A stretch of 64,000 nucleotides of DNA, from positions 18,434,341 through 18,498,340 of the forward strand of contig NC_083409.1 of assembly GCF_020745735.1 (NCBI RefSeq), in the 5' to 3' direction. The position numbers were made by a program, and so were the translations under genes. The notes beneath the pieces were generated by a model, which made no database searches, had not been told where the DNA came from, and saw only the letters and a program-made list of their open reading frames with translations. Origin of the DNA: Hemiscyllium ocellatum (taxonomy: Eukaryota). Positions 25,801 to 38,158 of this stretch are shown here, one piece after another. Each line of letters opens with the position of its first letter. Positions within the stretch are counted from its first letter, which is position 1.

Positions 25801-26994
25801 GATTGGGTTTTGATGGAACTACCCACAGACTCAAGTCAAAAGAAGCAAAGCAAGAAAGACAGGTGGATCGAATACAAGAGAGCACATTATGAGGGAAAAC
25901 CAAAGGAGAGAGTGACAACACTGAATTGCTTCTTGTGTCATCCTCTGCGCCCTTACGTTTCACAGTGTCAGCTCCACATCCTTCCATTGACTTTGTCATT
26001 GAGAGCCAACGGTTCCTTTCCCACAGCCCTTTTTAAAATGCCCTGCCCAGGGAATCACTCAGACAGAGAATATTTCACCTTTTCTGGGAAGGTTGGAGAA
26101 ATATTGGATGTCGATGAGCTGCTTTCTCAGACTTCAGGGTCTGACAGAAGGATGTGTGTAGGCTGTGGATTCTGGAGACAGATCACTGAGATGTTCCTCA
26201 CTCCCATCAACACCTGACTTTATCCTGAAATCAGTTTCTATTCTTCATTATAAAGTACCCCCACCAGTTTCAGACTAGACATTTCACACCCAGCCCCCAT
26301 TTCCTCACATTGGAATCAAGAACCAAACTTGCCCCATCTCAGGATTGCCCTCTGAATGTGGTGTCAGTGTGCTAATGCTGTGTTTGATGAAAGAGCCACA
26401 GTGGAATCTGGGACTGAATCCAAGGGGTTTCTGATCCACCAGCAGCCTCCCTGCTGTGTGAGATTCTGTTTGGATAAGATTTCAGCCCCATGGTTCCCAC
26501 TGATACGAGAACCATGGAGTGAGATTGCTGGAGCCACGTGTGGACTGAGGAACACAACAGTCAGGACAATGAGCTGCTCTGGAATCCATCCTGAGCCCTG
26601 GATGGTTGTCACTGAGATGGTCCAGGGGCTACAGAATATGACAGCAGAAAGTGGAACCAGTTTATCATTGACTGTACCCCCCAGCCATGACTCCCAGACT
26701 GAACATTCTCAATCTGACTCCAGGGACACACGGGGCAATTCCATCTCATTTGAAGAGTAAAGAAAACCCAGGTCTAATTTATGGAATATTTATTACCCAA
26801 ACCCTGTGGAATTGTTATTTTGAGTTCCAAGATTCTGCTGATCATATTGATCAATAGAGTGTCCCCAGTGACCCTGATCTGAATTGCTTGGCTCAGGATC
26901 TTGCTGTCCCTGATGGATGGGTTGGTGTGGAGGGGGAATTGCCATCAGAATATTTTGTTCCAGGGATGGATCAAGTTAGTATAGTGGGTGACAA

Positions 26995-27092
26995 GGTGGC
27001 TCAGTGGTTAGCACTGCTGCCTCATAGTGCCAGGGATCTGCGTTCGATCCCTGCCTCAGGAGAATATCTATGTGGATTTTGCACATTCTCTC
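26995..27092 (+). mobile_element. 5' fragment of tRNA-derived SINE
   Basis: ggtggctcagtggttagcactgctgcctca...gttcgatccc (A and B boxes). Confidence 0.7.
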
Positions 27093-27421
27093 CAAATACA
27101 AATCAAATGCTGTATGGAATATTTACTTTGCAAACCCTGTGGTATTGTTATTCTGGGTAGTAAGATCCTGCTGGTCAAATTGATCAATAAAATGCGAACT
27201 GAACTGCTTGGCTCGGGATCTTGCTGTGCTGAAAGGATGTGTTGGTGTTCAGGGGAATTCCCATCAGATTATTGTGTTCCCCATTGCCCCCTCTATTCTC
27301 CCCTTCCTGCTCCATACCTGGGGGTGGGGTGGAGCTTTTCACTTCGTACACCTATCCCTGAGGACTCAGCTCTGGCCATTCCCAAAGCACACACAGAGAC
27401 AGAGACTGAATCTTCTTCATC

Positions 27422-27427
27422 TTTATT
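27422..27427 (-). terminator. Probable poly(A) signal of the intact kappa C
   Basis: AATAAA on the minus strand about 530 nt after the stop, followed by GT/T-rich sequence. It is conserved in the paralogue at 4213-4218. Confidence 0.65.
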
Positions 27428-27955
27428 CCCTTTTCCAGATTGACATTGACAGAAAACAGTCAGCAATTAACAGCCCAGACAGAGGAAGCTGCACAAATTC
27501 ACAGCCACAATGGAGCTTGAGGAAAACACTTGTGGAGATTTTCTCAATAACATGAGAATCCTGTCCCTTTAAACAGTGACAAAACCTTAAATTGGAACTG
27601 GCGGCTGAGCAGAAAGGAGGTCTGTTTTACTGAAACAGAGACTTTTGAGGTTCACATTGTTTTTGCACAGCTGACAGTCTTTAGCATCTTTGGAGAGGTT
27701 TTACTTGACATCGCAAGTTAACACTGTCCCCATCAAACACATCCAGGTCAGGGAAAGCATGGGACTAGATAAAGAGTAAAGTTTTCTCTACACTATCCCA
27801 ACGACCAGCCTTAACCCCTGAAGCTCAGAAGTATCTCCAAGCCAGTCCTGAGAAGGAAGAGAGTTGAAATTCAGTGCTGACAATGACCTTTGACCTGCCA
27901 GCTCAGCCCTGTTCTATTTAAAGTTGTGTCTCCTCTGTGGACTGTCTCAAACACT

Positions 27956-28284
27956 CTACACACATTCTGATCTCCTGATGCTCTTGCTGAGGGGAGAGGG
28001 GAGGGTCACGTGGGTGAGGGCACAGGAGAAGCGAGCGTTGGACTCCCAGTCAGACCCAGAGAGGGTCAGCAGGCTGCTGACACTGTAGGTGCTGTCCGAA
28101 GCTCGCAGGTAGTTGCTGGTCTGAACCCCGTCCGAAATGACTGCACCGTCCTTCTTCCACTGCACCTCCAGCTCATCGGGATAGAAGTGATTGGCAAGGC
28201 ACACCAGGGTGGCAGTGCCCTTGGCATTGACCTGCTCCGGGGAGGGGGGCAGCAGGGTCAGCTTGGGCTGAGAGTTGTCACGGA
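27956..28284 (-). CDS. IGKC: Ig kappa constant exon, intact
   Basis: Acceptor ttgtctttcag|TC CGT GAC. Translation (I)RDNSQPKLTLLPPSPEQVNAKGTATLVCLANHFYPDELEVQWKKDGAVISDGVQTSNYLRASDSTYSVSSLLTLSGSDWESNARFSCALTHVTLPSPLSKSIRRSECV* is a C1-set domain with both Cys, Trp and a penultimate interchain Cys; phase matches J. Confidence 0.97.
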
Positions 28285-28869
28285 CTGAAAGACAAGAGAA
28301 ACAATTTTAATCCCTGCCTTTTGAAGGTACATAAACTCTCTGAACATTAACTGCTAAAACGTTTGAACATTTGTACCCAGTACCTAGCAGACCTGACAAA
28401 GCACTGGCATTTTAAAAATTGCTTTTTGGGACGTGTACGGCACTGGCAGAGCCAGTCGCTGCCCATCCCTAATTGTCCTTGAGAAGGTGATGGTGACGCA
28501 GCAGAATGATAAGGGACAGTCCTGGACCACCATTTAAGGAATGAATGTGGGCAGCTGGAAGGGCTATCAATGTGGGAGCATTTTAGTGACAGTGATCGGA
28601 ACTCAGTGAGATTGAGATTAGGGATGGAAATGGAGAACCGTGGAGCAAGTGTAAAAGTTTTGATTTGGGAACAATCCATTTTACCAAACTGTGTGGTAAT
28701 TTGATAAAAGAGTACTGGAACCATCGACTTGATGGGAGATCAGTGACAGGGCAGTGGGAGGTCTCCAAGGATGAGACAGGCACAGAGATCATTCAGAATC
28801 TTTTCCCAAAAGAGTAAGAGTGGCACTCCCAAAGAGAGAGTCTCAGCAAAGATGTGAAACTATCGATAT

Positions 28870-29085
28870 GATGTGGAGGCTCTGGTGTCCGACTGGGGTG
28901 GACATGTTCAGGAGTCACATGACACCAGGTTACAGTCCAACAGGTTTATTTAAAATCACGAGCTTGTGAAACGCTGCTCCATCTTCAGGTGAAGCGACTT
29001 CAGTGCTGAAGGAACAGAGCTCTGAAAGCTTGTGATTTGAAATAAGCCTGTTGGACTATAACCTGGTGTCGTGTGACTTCTGACC
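28870..29085. mobile_element. Foldback non-autonomous element: two inverted Penelope-type termini
   Basis: agtcacatgacaccaggttacagtccaacaggtttattt... at 28913 pairs with ...aaataagcctgttggactataacctggtgtcgtgtgact ending 29079. The same repeat occurs singly at about 3465-3550 and 18163-18285. Confidence 0.75.
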
Positions 29086-30559
29086 TCAAATGAAGCCCCG
29101 TTAGAGCACAATGAGAGAACTGTGTGCAGTTCTGGTCACCACATTGCAGGAAGGATGTGATCCCCCTAGAGATGGGGACAGTGGAGATTTTGTCAGGAAT
29201 GAGGAGTATTAGCTTTGAGGAATGATTGGTTTGGCTGGGACTGGTTTCTTTGGAACACAGGAGGCTGAGGGGAGATTTGATCGATGGTGTGTAAAATGAT
29301 GAGGGGTCTGGATAGAGTGGGTAGGAAGGACTGATTTCCATCAGCACAGAGGGCAATAACCATGGGGAGAGATTGAAATGAATTGGGGGCAGGGTTCGAG
29401 GCGAGTTGAGGAGTAATTGTTTCACCCAGTGGCTGGTGGGATCAGGACCTCACTAGCTGAAAGGGTGAGAGCGGCAGAAACCCTCATCACATTGAAAAAA
29501 CACTTGGATATTCACTTGAAACACCAAAGCCTCCAGAGCTATGGAGCAAGAGCTGGTATGTGGGGTGGAGTTCGACACCTCTTTAACAAACCTCCGATCA
29601 CTCACAGCTCGGGAGAACTTTATCCAACAACATTGGAGCAGAGTTGGATCAGCACACTTCAGGAAGGAGTCACGTTGGGTGTCCATGTAGAAGGTTCTAG
29701 ATTTTGTTTCAAATCTTCCAGCTCAGCGCTGGGGTAAGGTCAAATGTGAGGGTGCAAAGAGTCTCAGTGTCCTGGGATCAGACAGTGACACTGCTCTTAA
29801 TGATCCCATGTTCCCTGGAAGATGGAAGCGTGTATCCAACGGGCAAGGGTCAGGTTCAGGAGACTCCAACCTCAAAGAAAGACTTGCATTTATGTTGCAC
29901 CTGCCTCCACCTAAGGATGTCGCAGTGGCTCTTTCCATCAGACTGTGCTCAGCAAGATCCCAGAGAGCTGGGTGACAATGAGGCGAGGATCAGATTTTTA
30001 GTGATGCTAATTAGGGAATCAATATTGACCAGGACACCAGGAGACACCGTCCTGCTGTCTGTCTAATAGAGCCATGGAATGGCATCTCTGATATCTGAAA
30101 GGCTCCCAGTGCATCAAAAGAGAGACTTGTATGTCAGGCTCTCCCAAAGCATTTACAGAGAGTGAGGGACTTGTCTGGACACTGGTCACTGTTGTAATGC
30201 AGAAAACACAATTTGCACACAGCAATATCGCACAAACATAAATGAGATTATGAAGCATGTTCAGTGATGTTTCAGGGATAAATATTGACCTGAAGTCAAC
30301 CCAAAGAGAAAGCAAATGGGTTCACTTGCACAAAACGTGAGAAAATGAAAGGCACAGAAGGTGGGAGTCGTGGTTAGTGATGGGTTTGATTGTTACCAGA
30401 AAATAAAAGGAAGGATCAGAATTTGTGAATGTCATATTGTAACAAGGCAATACAGACCGTAGAAATAACCTAAAGTCTTTGTATGATAACGCATTCGGAA
30501 TAAGGTAGACAGAGTGATGCCACAAATTGAGGTTCCCAAGGACTTTAAAATCATTAAAG

Positions 30560-31878
30560 TGACGCAGGGCTCAGGAGAGGTTAGTAAAGTTTCCAGAATA
30601 ATTAATAGGACATAGATTATGGAAAGGGTCCGAAAATTAATTTTAGGCACAGTGCATAAGGGGACAACTATGAAAAGGAGGGTAGTCAATGCAGGACTGA
30701 GGGTGTTGTACCTGAATGCAGGGAGTATCCGAAATGAGGTAAATGAGCTTGTAACACAGATTGGAATTGGCAGGTTTGATGTTTTGAGTATCACAGAGAC
30801 CTGGCTGTAAGGGGTTGAGGGCTGGGAATGAAATACTCAAGGATGCACATCCGATTGACAGGACATGCTGATGGGCAGATGGGGGTGGGGTTACCTTCTT
30901 GGTAAGAAATGAAATGAGATCAATCACAAGAAGGGATTTAGAGTTGGAATGCATTCAATCTGTGTGGGTAGAGGTGAGGAGTTGCAAGGGAGAAAGAGCA
31001 TGATGAGAACTTAGCACAGGACCCCCCAGCAGCAGTCAGGATATGAGGAAGAAAATAAATCAGGTGATAGAGAAGGCCCTGCTATAATAGTCATGAGGGA
31101 CTTCAATATGCAGGGAGACTGGAAAATTAAGTTGTTTGGGGATCTCAAGGGTAGGAATTAATGGAATGTTTACGACATGGTTTTTAGAGCAGCTTGTGGT
31201 AGAGATCACTATGGAACAGGCAATTCTGGATTGGGTGATGTGTATTGAAGCAGACCTGATTAGGGAACTTAGGGTGAAGGAATCCCTTGGGGGCATTGAC
31301 CGTAATATGACAGAATTCACCCTGCAGTTTGTGACAGGGAATCTGGAGTCAGTTGTACCGGTAATGCAATTAACTTAAGGTAACTACAAAGACATGAGGG
31401 AGGAGCTGGCCAGAGTTGGTAAGAAAGGAAGCTGAGCATAAGAGAGAATGGAGCAGCAATGGCAGGAGTTTCTGGGGGTAATTTGGGAGGCAGAGCAGGA
31501 ATTCAACCCAAGGAAGAAGAAAGGTACTGAGTGGAGGCCAAGGCAACCATGGCTGATGAGGGAAGTCAGGGTCAGCATAAAAGCAAAAGAAAAAACATGC
31601 AATGTGGTGAAGATTATTGGGAAGCCGGAGGATTGGGAAGCCTTTAAAAAACAGCAGAGAGTAACTAAAAAAAAGTAAGGGTGGGTGTGTAAATAAAATA
31701 TAAGGGTCAGCGAGTTAGTAACATAAAAGAATATTGCAAGAGGTTTTCTTTAGATATATGAAAGGCAAGAGGGAGTCAATAATAGAAATTGTACCACTGG
31801 AAAAGGCAGAAGTAGTAATGGGGAACAAAGAAATGGTGGAAAAAGTGCATCGGTGCCTTAAATCAGCTTTCACAGTGG
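30560..31878 (+). mobile_element. CR1 ORF2 endonuclease region, decayed
   Basis: LRVLYLNAGSIRNEVNELVTQIGIGRFDVLSITETWL (APE endonuclease start), followed by EQAILDWVMC. Confidence 0.85.
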
Positions 31879-32492
31879 TGTGGCAATGCTGCTCATTTCA
31901 CAAGTTTGAGTTGTCCTTGGATTTTTTTTCAAGAGGGGTTGTAAAGGCAGAGGTTCCAATTTGTCTGGGTTAGGGACTTTGCTCATGGCTAACAGATACT
32001 GCCTAAGGCAACAGTCAGGGAAAAGGCTTTTAGGTTTTATATTAAACACTTGTCCAATAAAAGGAGAATGGCCAGTTCTTCCAGTTTGCTGTTTTTGACA
32101 AACAGTCGGTTGGAAGCTCCTGGATAAAGAAAGCTGCTGGTGAGAAAGGTTCCCCAATTCAACATTTTCCAGTGGACTCACTGTCTGAAATTCCTCTCCT
32201 GTAAGAACCCCTGTGTTTATATTTACCTTTTTGCCAAGGCTATTACAGCAAATTGGAACAACTCTTTGTCAAGTTACATTTTTTCGTCAGTTGGGTTTTC
32301 AAATAGTTAAGTTATTCTAAATTCTGTTTTCTTTTGATTGTAAATAAATACTCTTTTCCTTCAAGCTGAGTGGTTTGGCCAGTTGTATCATTCCTGGAAT
32401 ATCCAGGTTACATTTGCTGAACACAATTCGAAAAGGTAAGGTCTGGGCTGCATTCTTAAAATGTTTTGAAGGGTCTGGCCTGGTCCATAACA
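31879..32492 (-). mobile_element. Possible solo LTR
   Basis: About 610-bp AT-rich non-coding insert between CR1 pieces. The minus strand starts TGTTATGGACCAGGCCAGACC and ends in CA; I found no convincing TSD. Confidence 0.35.
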
Positions 32493-32494
32493 AT

Positions 32495-33910
32495 GTCACA
32501 GAGTCCTACAGCATGGAGACAGGCCATTTGGACCAAACTGGTCCATGCCAACCAAAATGTCCATTTACGCTAATCCTGCACTTGGCCCATATCCTTCTGA
32601 ATCCTTTCCTTTGCTGTATTTGTCCAAATGCCTTTTAAATGTTATTAATGTACCCACCTCAACCACTTCCACTGGCAGCTCATTCCATATGCGAACAATC
32701 CTATGTGTAAAAAGGTTGCCCCTCAGGTTCCCTTTTATTCTTTCCCCTCTAACCTTAACTGATGCGCTCTAGCTCATATTCGCAAACCTTGGGGAAAAGA
32801 CCGAGTGAATTCACCCTATCCATGCCTCTCATGATCTTATGAGGTCCTCCCTCAGTCTCCTACACTCTAAAGAAAAAAGTACTCTCCCTTTAACCCAAAC
32901 GATTGAATCCTGGCAAATTTCTTCTGCACTCTTTCCAGTTTAATAACATCCTTCCTGGAACAAGGTGACCAAAACTGAACACAATATTCCAAGTGTGGCT
33001 TCACCAGTGTCCTGTATAACTGCAATATAACTTCCCAACATCTGTAGTCAATGCCCTGACTGATGAAGGGCACTACAGAAAAAGCTCTCTTCTCTGCTCT
33101 ATTTACTGTGACTCCATTTTCAGAGAACTGCTTATCTGAATTCTAAGGACCCTCTCTTCCACTATATTCCTTAAGGCCCTATCATTCACCCTCAAACTCC
33201 TACCTTGCTTTAAATTTCCAAAATACAAGACCTCACATTTATCTATATTAAACTCTATTTGTCATTTCTCGGCCCACTTCCCCAGCTGAGCAAGGTCCTG
33301 CTGCAATTTCTGATAACTGTCCGCACTGTCCACGATGCTGCTTATTTGAGTGTCATCAGCAAACTCACTAACCATGCCTTGTACATTCTCATCCAAAACA
33401 TTGTTATAGATAACAAACAGCAATGGGCTCAGCACTGACCACTGAGGCACTCCACTAGTCACAGGCCTCCAGTACAATAAGGATACTTCCCCTATTACCC
33501 TGTGCTTTCTACCATCAAGCCAATCATGTATCCAATTTGCCAGGTCACCTTGGATTCCATGCAATCTAACCTTCCATAACAGCCTACCATGTGGAACCTT
33601 ATCAAAGGCCTCACTGAAATCCATATAGACCACGTCTACCATCCTGCCCTCATCAACCTTCCTGGTCAATTCATCAAAGTAACTTAATTATGTGAGGCAT
33701 ATTCTCCCACTCACAAAGTCATGCTGACAACTCCTAATCAAATCCACTCTTTCCAAATGCATGTGTATCTAATCTTATCAAACAACTTACCCACCACAAA
33801 TGTTAAGCTTATAATTCCCAGGCTTTTGTTTTTCAGCCCTTTTTGAACAATGGCACAGTCTTCGCTATCCTCCAGTCTTCTGGCACCTCACCTGTGGCTA
33901 ACCATGATGC
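32495..33910 (-). mobile_element. CR1 RT/3' fragment
   Basis: VDVVYMDFSEAFDKVPHGRLL...SGVPQWSVLSPLLFVIY...EFADDT. Confidence 0.88.
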
Positions 33911-33939
33911 TTAAATATCAGCCAGTACACCTGACCTTC

Positions 33940-35545
33940 AAGAGAGTTGGGAGCAGAAGTGAGTGGAGAGGGCATCACTAAGGTGGAGGGGTTGAGGCAG
34001 CTGAAAGGTCTGAAGGTGGATAAATCATTCAGACCCGATGGACTACACTCCAGAGTTCTGATGGAGATAGCTAAGGTAATTGTAGGGCCATTGGCTGTGA
34101 TCTTTCAGAAATCACTGGAGTTGGGGTGGTCCCAGAAGACTGGAAAATAGTGAATGTAACATCCCTGTTTAAGAAAGGAGGGAGGCAGAGATGGGACATT
34201 ATAAGCTGGTTAGCCTGACCTCGGTCATTGGTAAGATTTTAGAGGTCTACTTAAGGGTGAGATTGCAGGTATTTGGAATCTCACCCTTAAGCCTGGTAAA
34301 ATTGCAGCCTGGTAAAATTGGGCTGAGTCAGCACAGCTTCATCAAAGGGAGGCATGCCTGATAAATCTGTTAGAAATCTTTGAGGAGGTAACAAGTGAGT
34401 TAGACAAAGGAGAGCCAGTGGATGTGATCCATTTGGATTTCCACCAGGCCTTTGACAGGGTACAATAAAGGAGACTGCTAAGTCAAATCAGAGCCCATGC
34501 TGTCAGGAGCAAGGCACTGCGAAGTGTAGAGGATTGGCTGGCCGGCACAAAGGCGAGAGTAGGGACAAAGGGATTTTTTTCTGGATGGCTGGTGGTGCTT
34601 TGTGGCGATCCGCAGGGATCTGTGTTGGGACCACAACTATTCACATTATCCATTAACAATCTGGATAAGGAACTGAAGATATTGTTCATATGTTTGTAGA
34701 TGACACAAAAATTGGTGAAAGGACAGGTGGAGTTGAGGAAGTGGGGGAGATTGCAGAAGGACTTGGTCAGGCTGGGAGAATGTGCAAAGAAGTGGCAGGT
34801 GGAGTACAATGCGGGGACTTGTGAGGCTAGATACTTTGGTGGGAAGAATAAGTGAGGAAAGATTTCAGAAATCTGAAGCACAAAGAGAATTGGGAGTCCT
34901 TGCTCAGGTTTCTCTGAAGGTTAACGTGCAGGTTCACCATTGGCTGTTTGAAAGGCAGTTACAATGTTAGCATTAACTTTAACGTCAGAGGTGTACTGCT
35001 GCGTTTGTATAAGTCTCTGATCAGACCACATTTGGAATTTTGGTCTCCTTATTAAGGAAGGATGTGCTGTCATTGGAGAGGGTCCAGAGGAAAAAGTGAG
35101 AAAGAATAAGAATGATCCTGGGAATGAAGGGGGTGTCATATAAAGAGTGGTTGAGGATTCTGGATCTGTATACAATTGTGTTTAGAAAGATGATGGGGGA
35201 ATCTTATTGAAACTACAGAATATTGAGAGGCCTGGAGAACATGGAGAAGGTGTTTCCACGAATAGAAGAAACTCGGGCCCGAAGGCACAGCCTCAGAGTG
35301 AAGAATGATCCGTCAGAACTGAGATAAGGAGGCATTTCTTCAGCCACAGGGTGGTGAATCTGCGGAACTCATTGTCACAGAGGTCTATGGATGCCAAGAT
35401 GTTGAGAGTATTTAAAACAGAGACAGATAGGTTCTTGATCAGTAAGGAGATCAAATGTTAAAAGGAGAATGGGGCTGAGAAACACATCACACAAGATCAA
35501 ATGGCAGAGCAGACTCTCTTCTGACTGGCCCAATTCTGCTCCTAT
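33940..35545 (+). mobile_element. CR1 RT/3' fragment, decayed
   Basis: GLKVDKSFRPDGLHSRVL, followed by degenerate RT and 3' end sequence. Confidence 0.82.
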
Positions 35546-35602
35546 ATCTTAAGTATTTTGGGTTTATGTAGAGGTTCCTTGAAACCCTGGAAAACTGGAA
35601 GT

Positions 35603-35940
35603 ACGGTCACTTAGTGGTTAGCCCTGCTGCCTCACAGCGCTATGGACCCAGGTTTGATTCTAGCCTCGGGCGACTGTCTGTGTGGAGTTTGCATGTTCTC
35701 CCTGTGCCTGCGTGGGTTTCCTCCGGGTGCTCTGGTTTCCTCCCACAGTCCAAAGCTGTGCAGGTTCGGTGAATTGGCCATGCTAAATTGCCCATAGTGC
35801 AGGTTAGGTACATTAGTCAGGAGTAAATGTAGGTTAAAAAGGTAGGGGAATGGGTCTGGGTGGGTTATTGTTCGGAGGGTCAGCGTGGACTTGATGGACC
35901 AAATGGCCTGTTTCCATACTGTAGGAATTCTGTGATTCTA
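35603..35940 (+). mobile_element. tRNA-derived SINE (HE1-like)
   Basis: Same head, core and tail as 20137-20443. Confidence 0.85.
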
Positions 35941-35974
35941 TGGACATTGAAAGTACTGGATTGTGGGCCCTGCT

Positions 35975-37700
35975 GTTGCTGTTTCTCAAAAGAACTTTGA
36001 CAAAAGATAATCAGGGAGTGGTGAGAGTGAGCATCAGGTTGCATGAGGGAACTGCTTGTCCTGCTTCCTGGAATACCATGAGTACAGGAAGTGTGGTCAG
36101 TGACAGCAGTTGGAACTCCGGGTTTCGGAGCTTGAGCAGCAGCTGGTGTCAGTGCGGAGCGTCCGTGAGGCTGAGAGCTCCGTGGAGAGCACGTTTCTAG
36201 ATGTGGTCACTCTGCAGTTTCAGAGTATGCAGGGAGAGAGGGAATGGGGGAGCAGCAGACAGTCCAAAAGGACCAGGCAGCTAGTACAGGAATCCCATGA
36301 GTGTATCTCACTCTCCAACCAGGATTCATTTCAGAATCCTGATCAGAATGATGGTTCATCTGGGGCGTGCAGCCAGAGCCAAGTCCCTGGCACCACGGGG
36401 GGCTCAGCTGTATAGGGGGCACAAGGAAGACTGGAAGAGTGATAGTGAGAGGAGATTCGAGAGTGAGGGCATCGATAGGTGTTTCTGCAGCTGCAGATGG
36501 GAATCCAGGATGGTGTGTTATCTCCCTGGTGCCAGGGTCAAGTCTGTCACTGAGCGACTGCAGAGTGTCCTGAGGGGAGAGGGGGAACAGGCAGCAGTCG
36601 TGGTCCACATCGGTCCCAGTGACAGAGGGAGAAAAGGGATGTGGTCCTCCAGTCAGAATTTAGGGAGTTCCAGAGGGAATTAGCAGCAGGAGCTCAAAAG
36701 TAGGAATTTCCAAGATTACCCCCAGTGCCCCACACAACTGAGAATAGAAAGAGGAGGATAGCACAGGTGACGGTGGAACTGAAAAGACAGTCCAGGAGGA
36801 AGGGCTTTCGATTATTTTAACATTGGGACTGTCTTTGGGAGGAGATGGACATGTACAGACCAGACGGGTTGCTCCTGAACAGACCTGGGACTGAGTTCCT
36901 TTGGGGTGATTTACTCGTGCTGTTGGAGAGGGTTTAAACTATCTTGGCCTGTGGGATCCAGGAGCTAATACCAGAGAGGAACACAGAGGTGCACAGAATC
37001 CTGGGAGAGATAGATAGCACCAGAATAAGGAATAGAACTTCTTACCCAGTTTCAGAGTGAGGGAGAGAGAGTAATAAATTCTAAATCAGGGTCACTGTGT
37101 AAGGATGGGACTGCACGGAGTGTTGGGAATAAGACTGGGAAGGTACAGCCACAGAGTGTTAAGTGGAAATCTGATGTGTGTCTCTCACATAGGAAGATAA
37201 GATAATAAGAACATTAGAAATAGGAGCAGGAGTGGGCTATCTGACCCATCGAGGATGAGGAACGTGAGTTATGAAGATAGACTGAAGACATTGGGACTGT
37301 TTTCCTCAGAGAAGAGAAGGCAGAGAGGAGATTTGATCGAGAAATTCAAAATCAGGAGGGGTCTGAACAGAGTAAACCAGGAGAAAATGTTCCCACCTGA
37401 GAAAGAATTGAGAGGGAGAGGCCATGGATTGAAAATAATTGGTAAAAGAGGCGAAAGTGAGATGGGGGAAAAACATTTTCAGCCAGTGGGTGGTTAAGGT
37501 GTGGAATGCACTGCCTGAGAGTGTGGTGGAGGCAGCTTCAATTAAAACATTCCGAAGGGAATGAGACTGTTATTCAAAAAGGAACAATGTGCAGGGTGAC
37601 AGGGAGAAGGCAGCAGAATGACACTCAGTGAATTGCTCATTCAGAGAGCCGGTCCAGACAGGATGAGTTGAATGGCCTCCTTGTGCACTGAAACGATTCT
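35975..37700 (+). mobile_element. Internally deleted CR1: ORF1 (coiled coil + SGNH esterase-like) joined to 3' end
   Basis: LELRVSELEQQL; CYLPGARVKSVTERLQSVLRGEGEQAAVVVHIG; then SYEDRLKTLGLFSSEKRR at about 37260. Confidence 0.8.
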
Positions 37701-37760
37701 GTGATTGTGTGATTGAGCAGAGTTAAAGCTGGGGGAGGTGGGAGCTCGGTGTCTCACTGT

Positions 37761-37788
37761 GCTGCTGCTGCTGCTGCTGCTGCTGCTG
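37761..37788. repeat. (CTG/CAG)9 microsatellite
   Basis: Direct reading of the sequence. Confidence 0.95.
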
Positions 37789-38158
37789 AGGTCAGTGAGA
37801 TCAGAGACTGGGACAGGGAGCCAGAGCTCACATCAAACTCTGCCCCGTGTCCGTCACACTGAGACTGGCAGGAGGCTACTCACTGATTTCACTCCATGCT
37901 GCAGGAATGGGACCACAGGCTGCAAATGGACAGAGCTCCTCCACACGGTGAGTAAAACTTACTGACTTATATCTTGCTGCTTAAGCAGGGCAATAGGACG
38001 ACAGAAATACAGCTGGACACCCTGTTAGACACAGTGCTCCTCGTTCAACCATTTCATTCACTGCAGCTCCCCACTAACACCTGCATCAATTCAGCATTTG
38101 TGATTTAGAAAGTTTCAGTATTGAAAGGGTTAATAACGGAGGATTGAGGTTTACTTAC

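Noticed and set aside
5049-27300. A J or V belonging to the pseudo-C
   Set aside because: No FGXG-plus-donor segment, V-like ORF or heptamer-spacer-nonamer was found by eye. CACAGTG at about 18293, 20143, 25961 and 26397 lack nonamers. An exhaustive scan was not possible.
37738-37965. ORF MGARCLTVLLLLLLLLLR... as a secreted protein gene
   Set aside because: It starts at GTG with an in-frame stop just upstream, and the hydrophobic stretch is a CTG microsatellite. Kept only as a possible non-coding exon.
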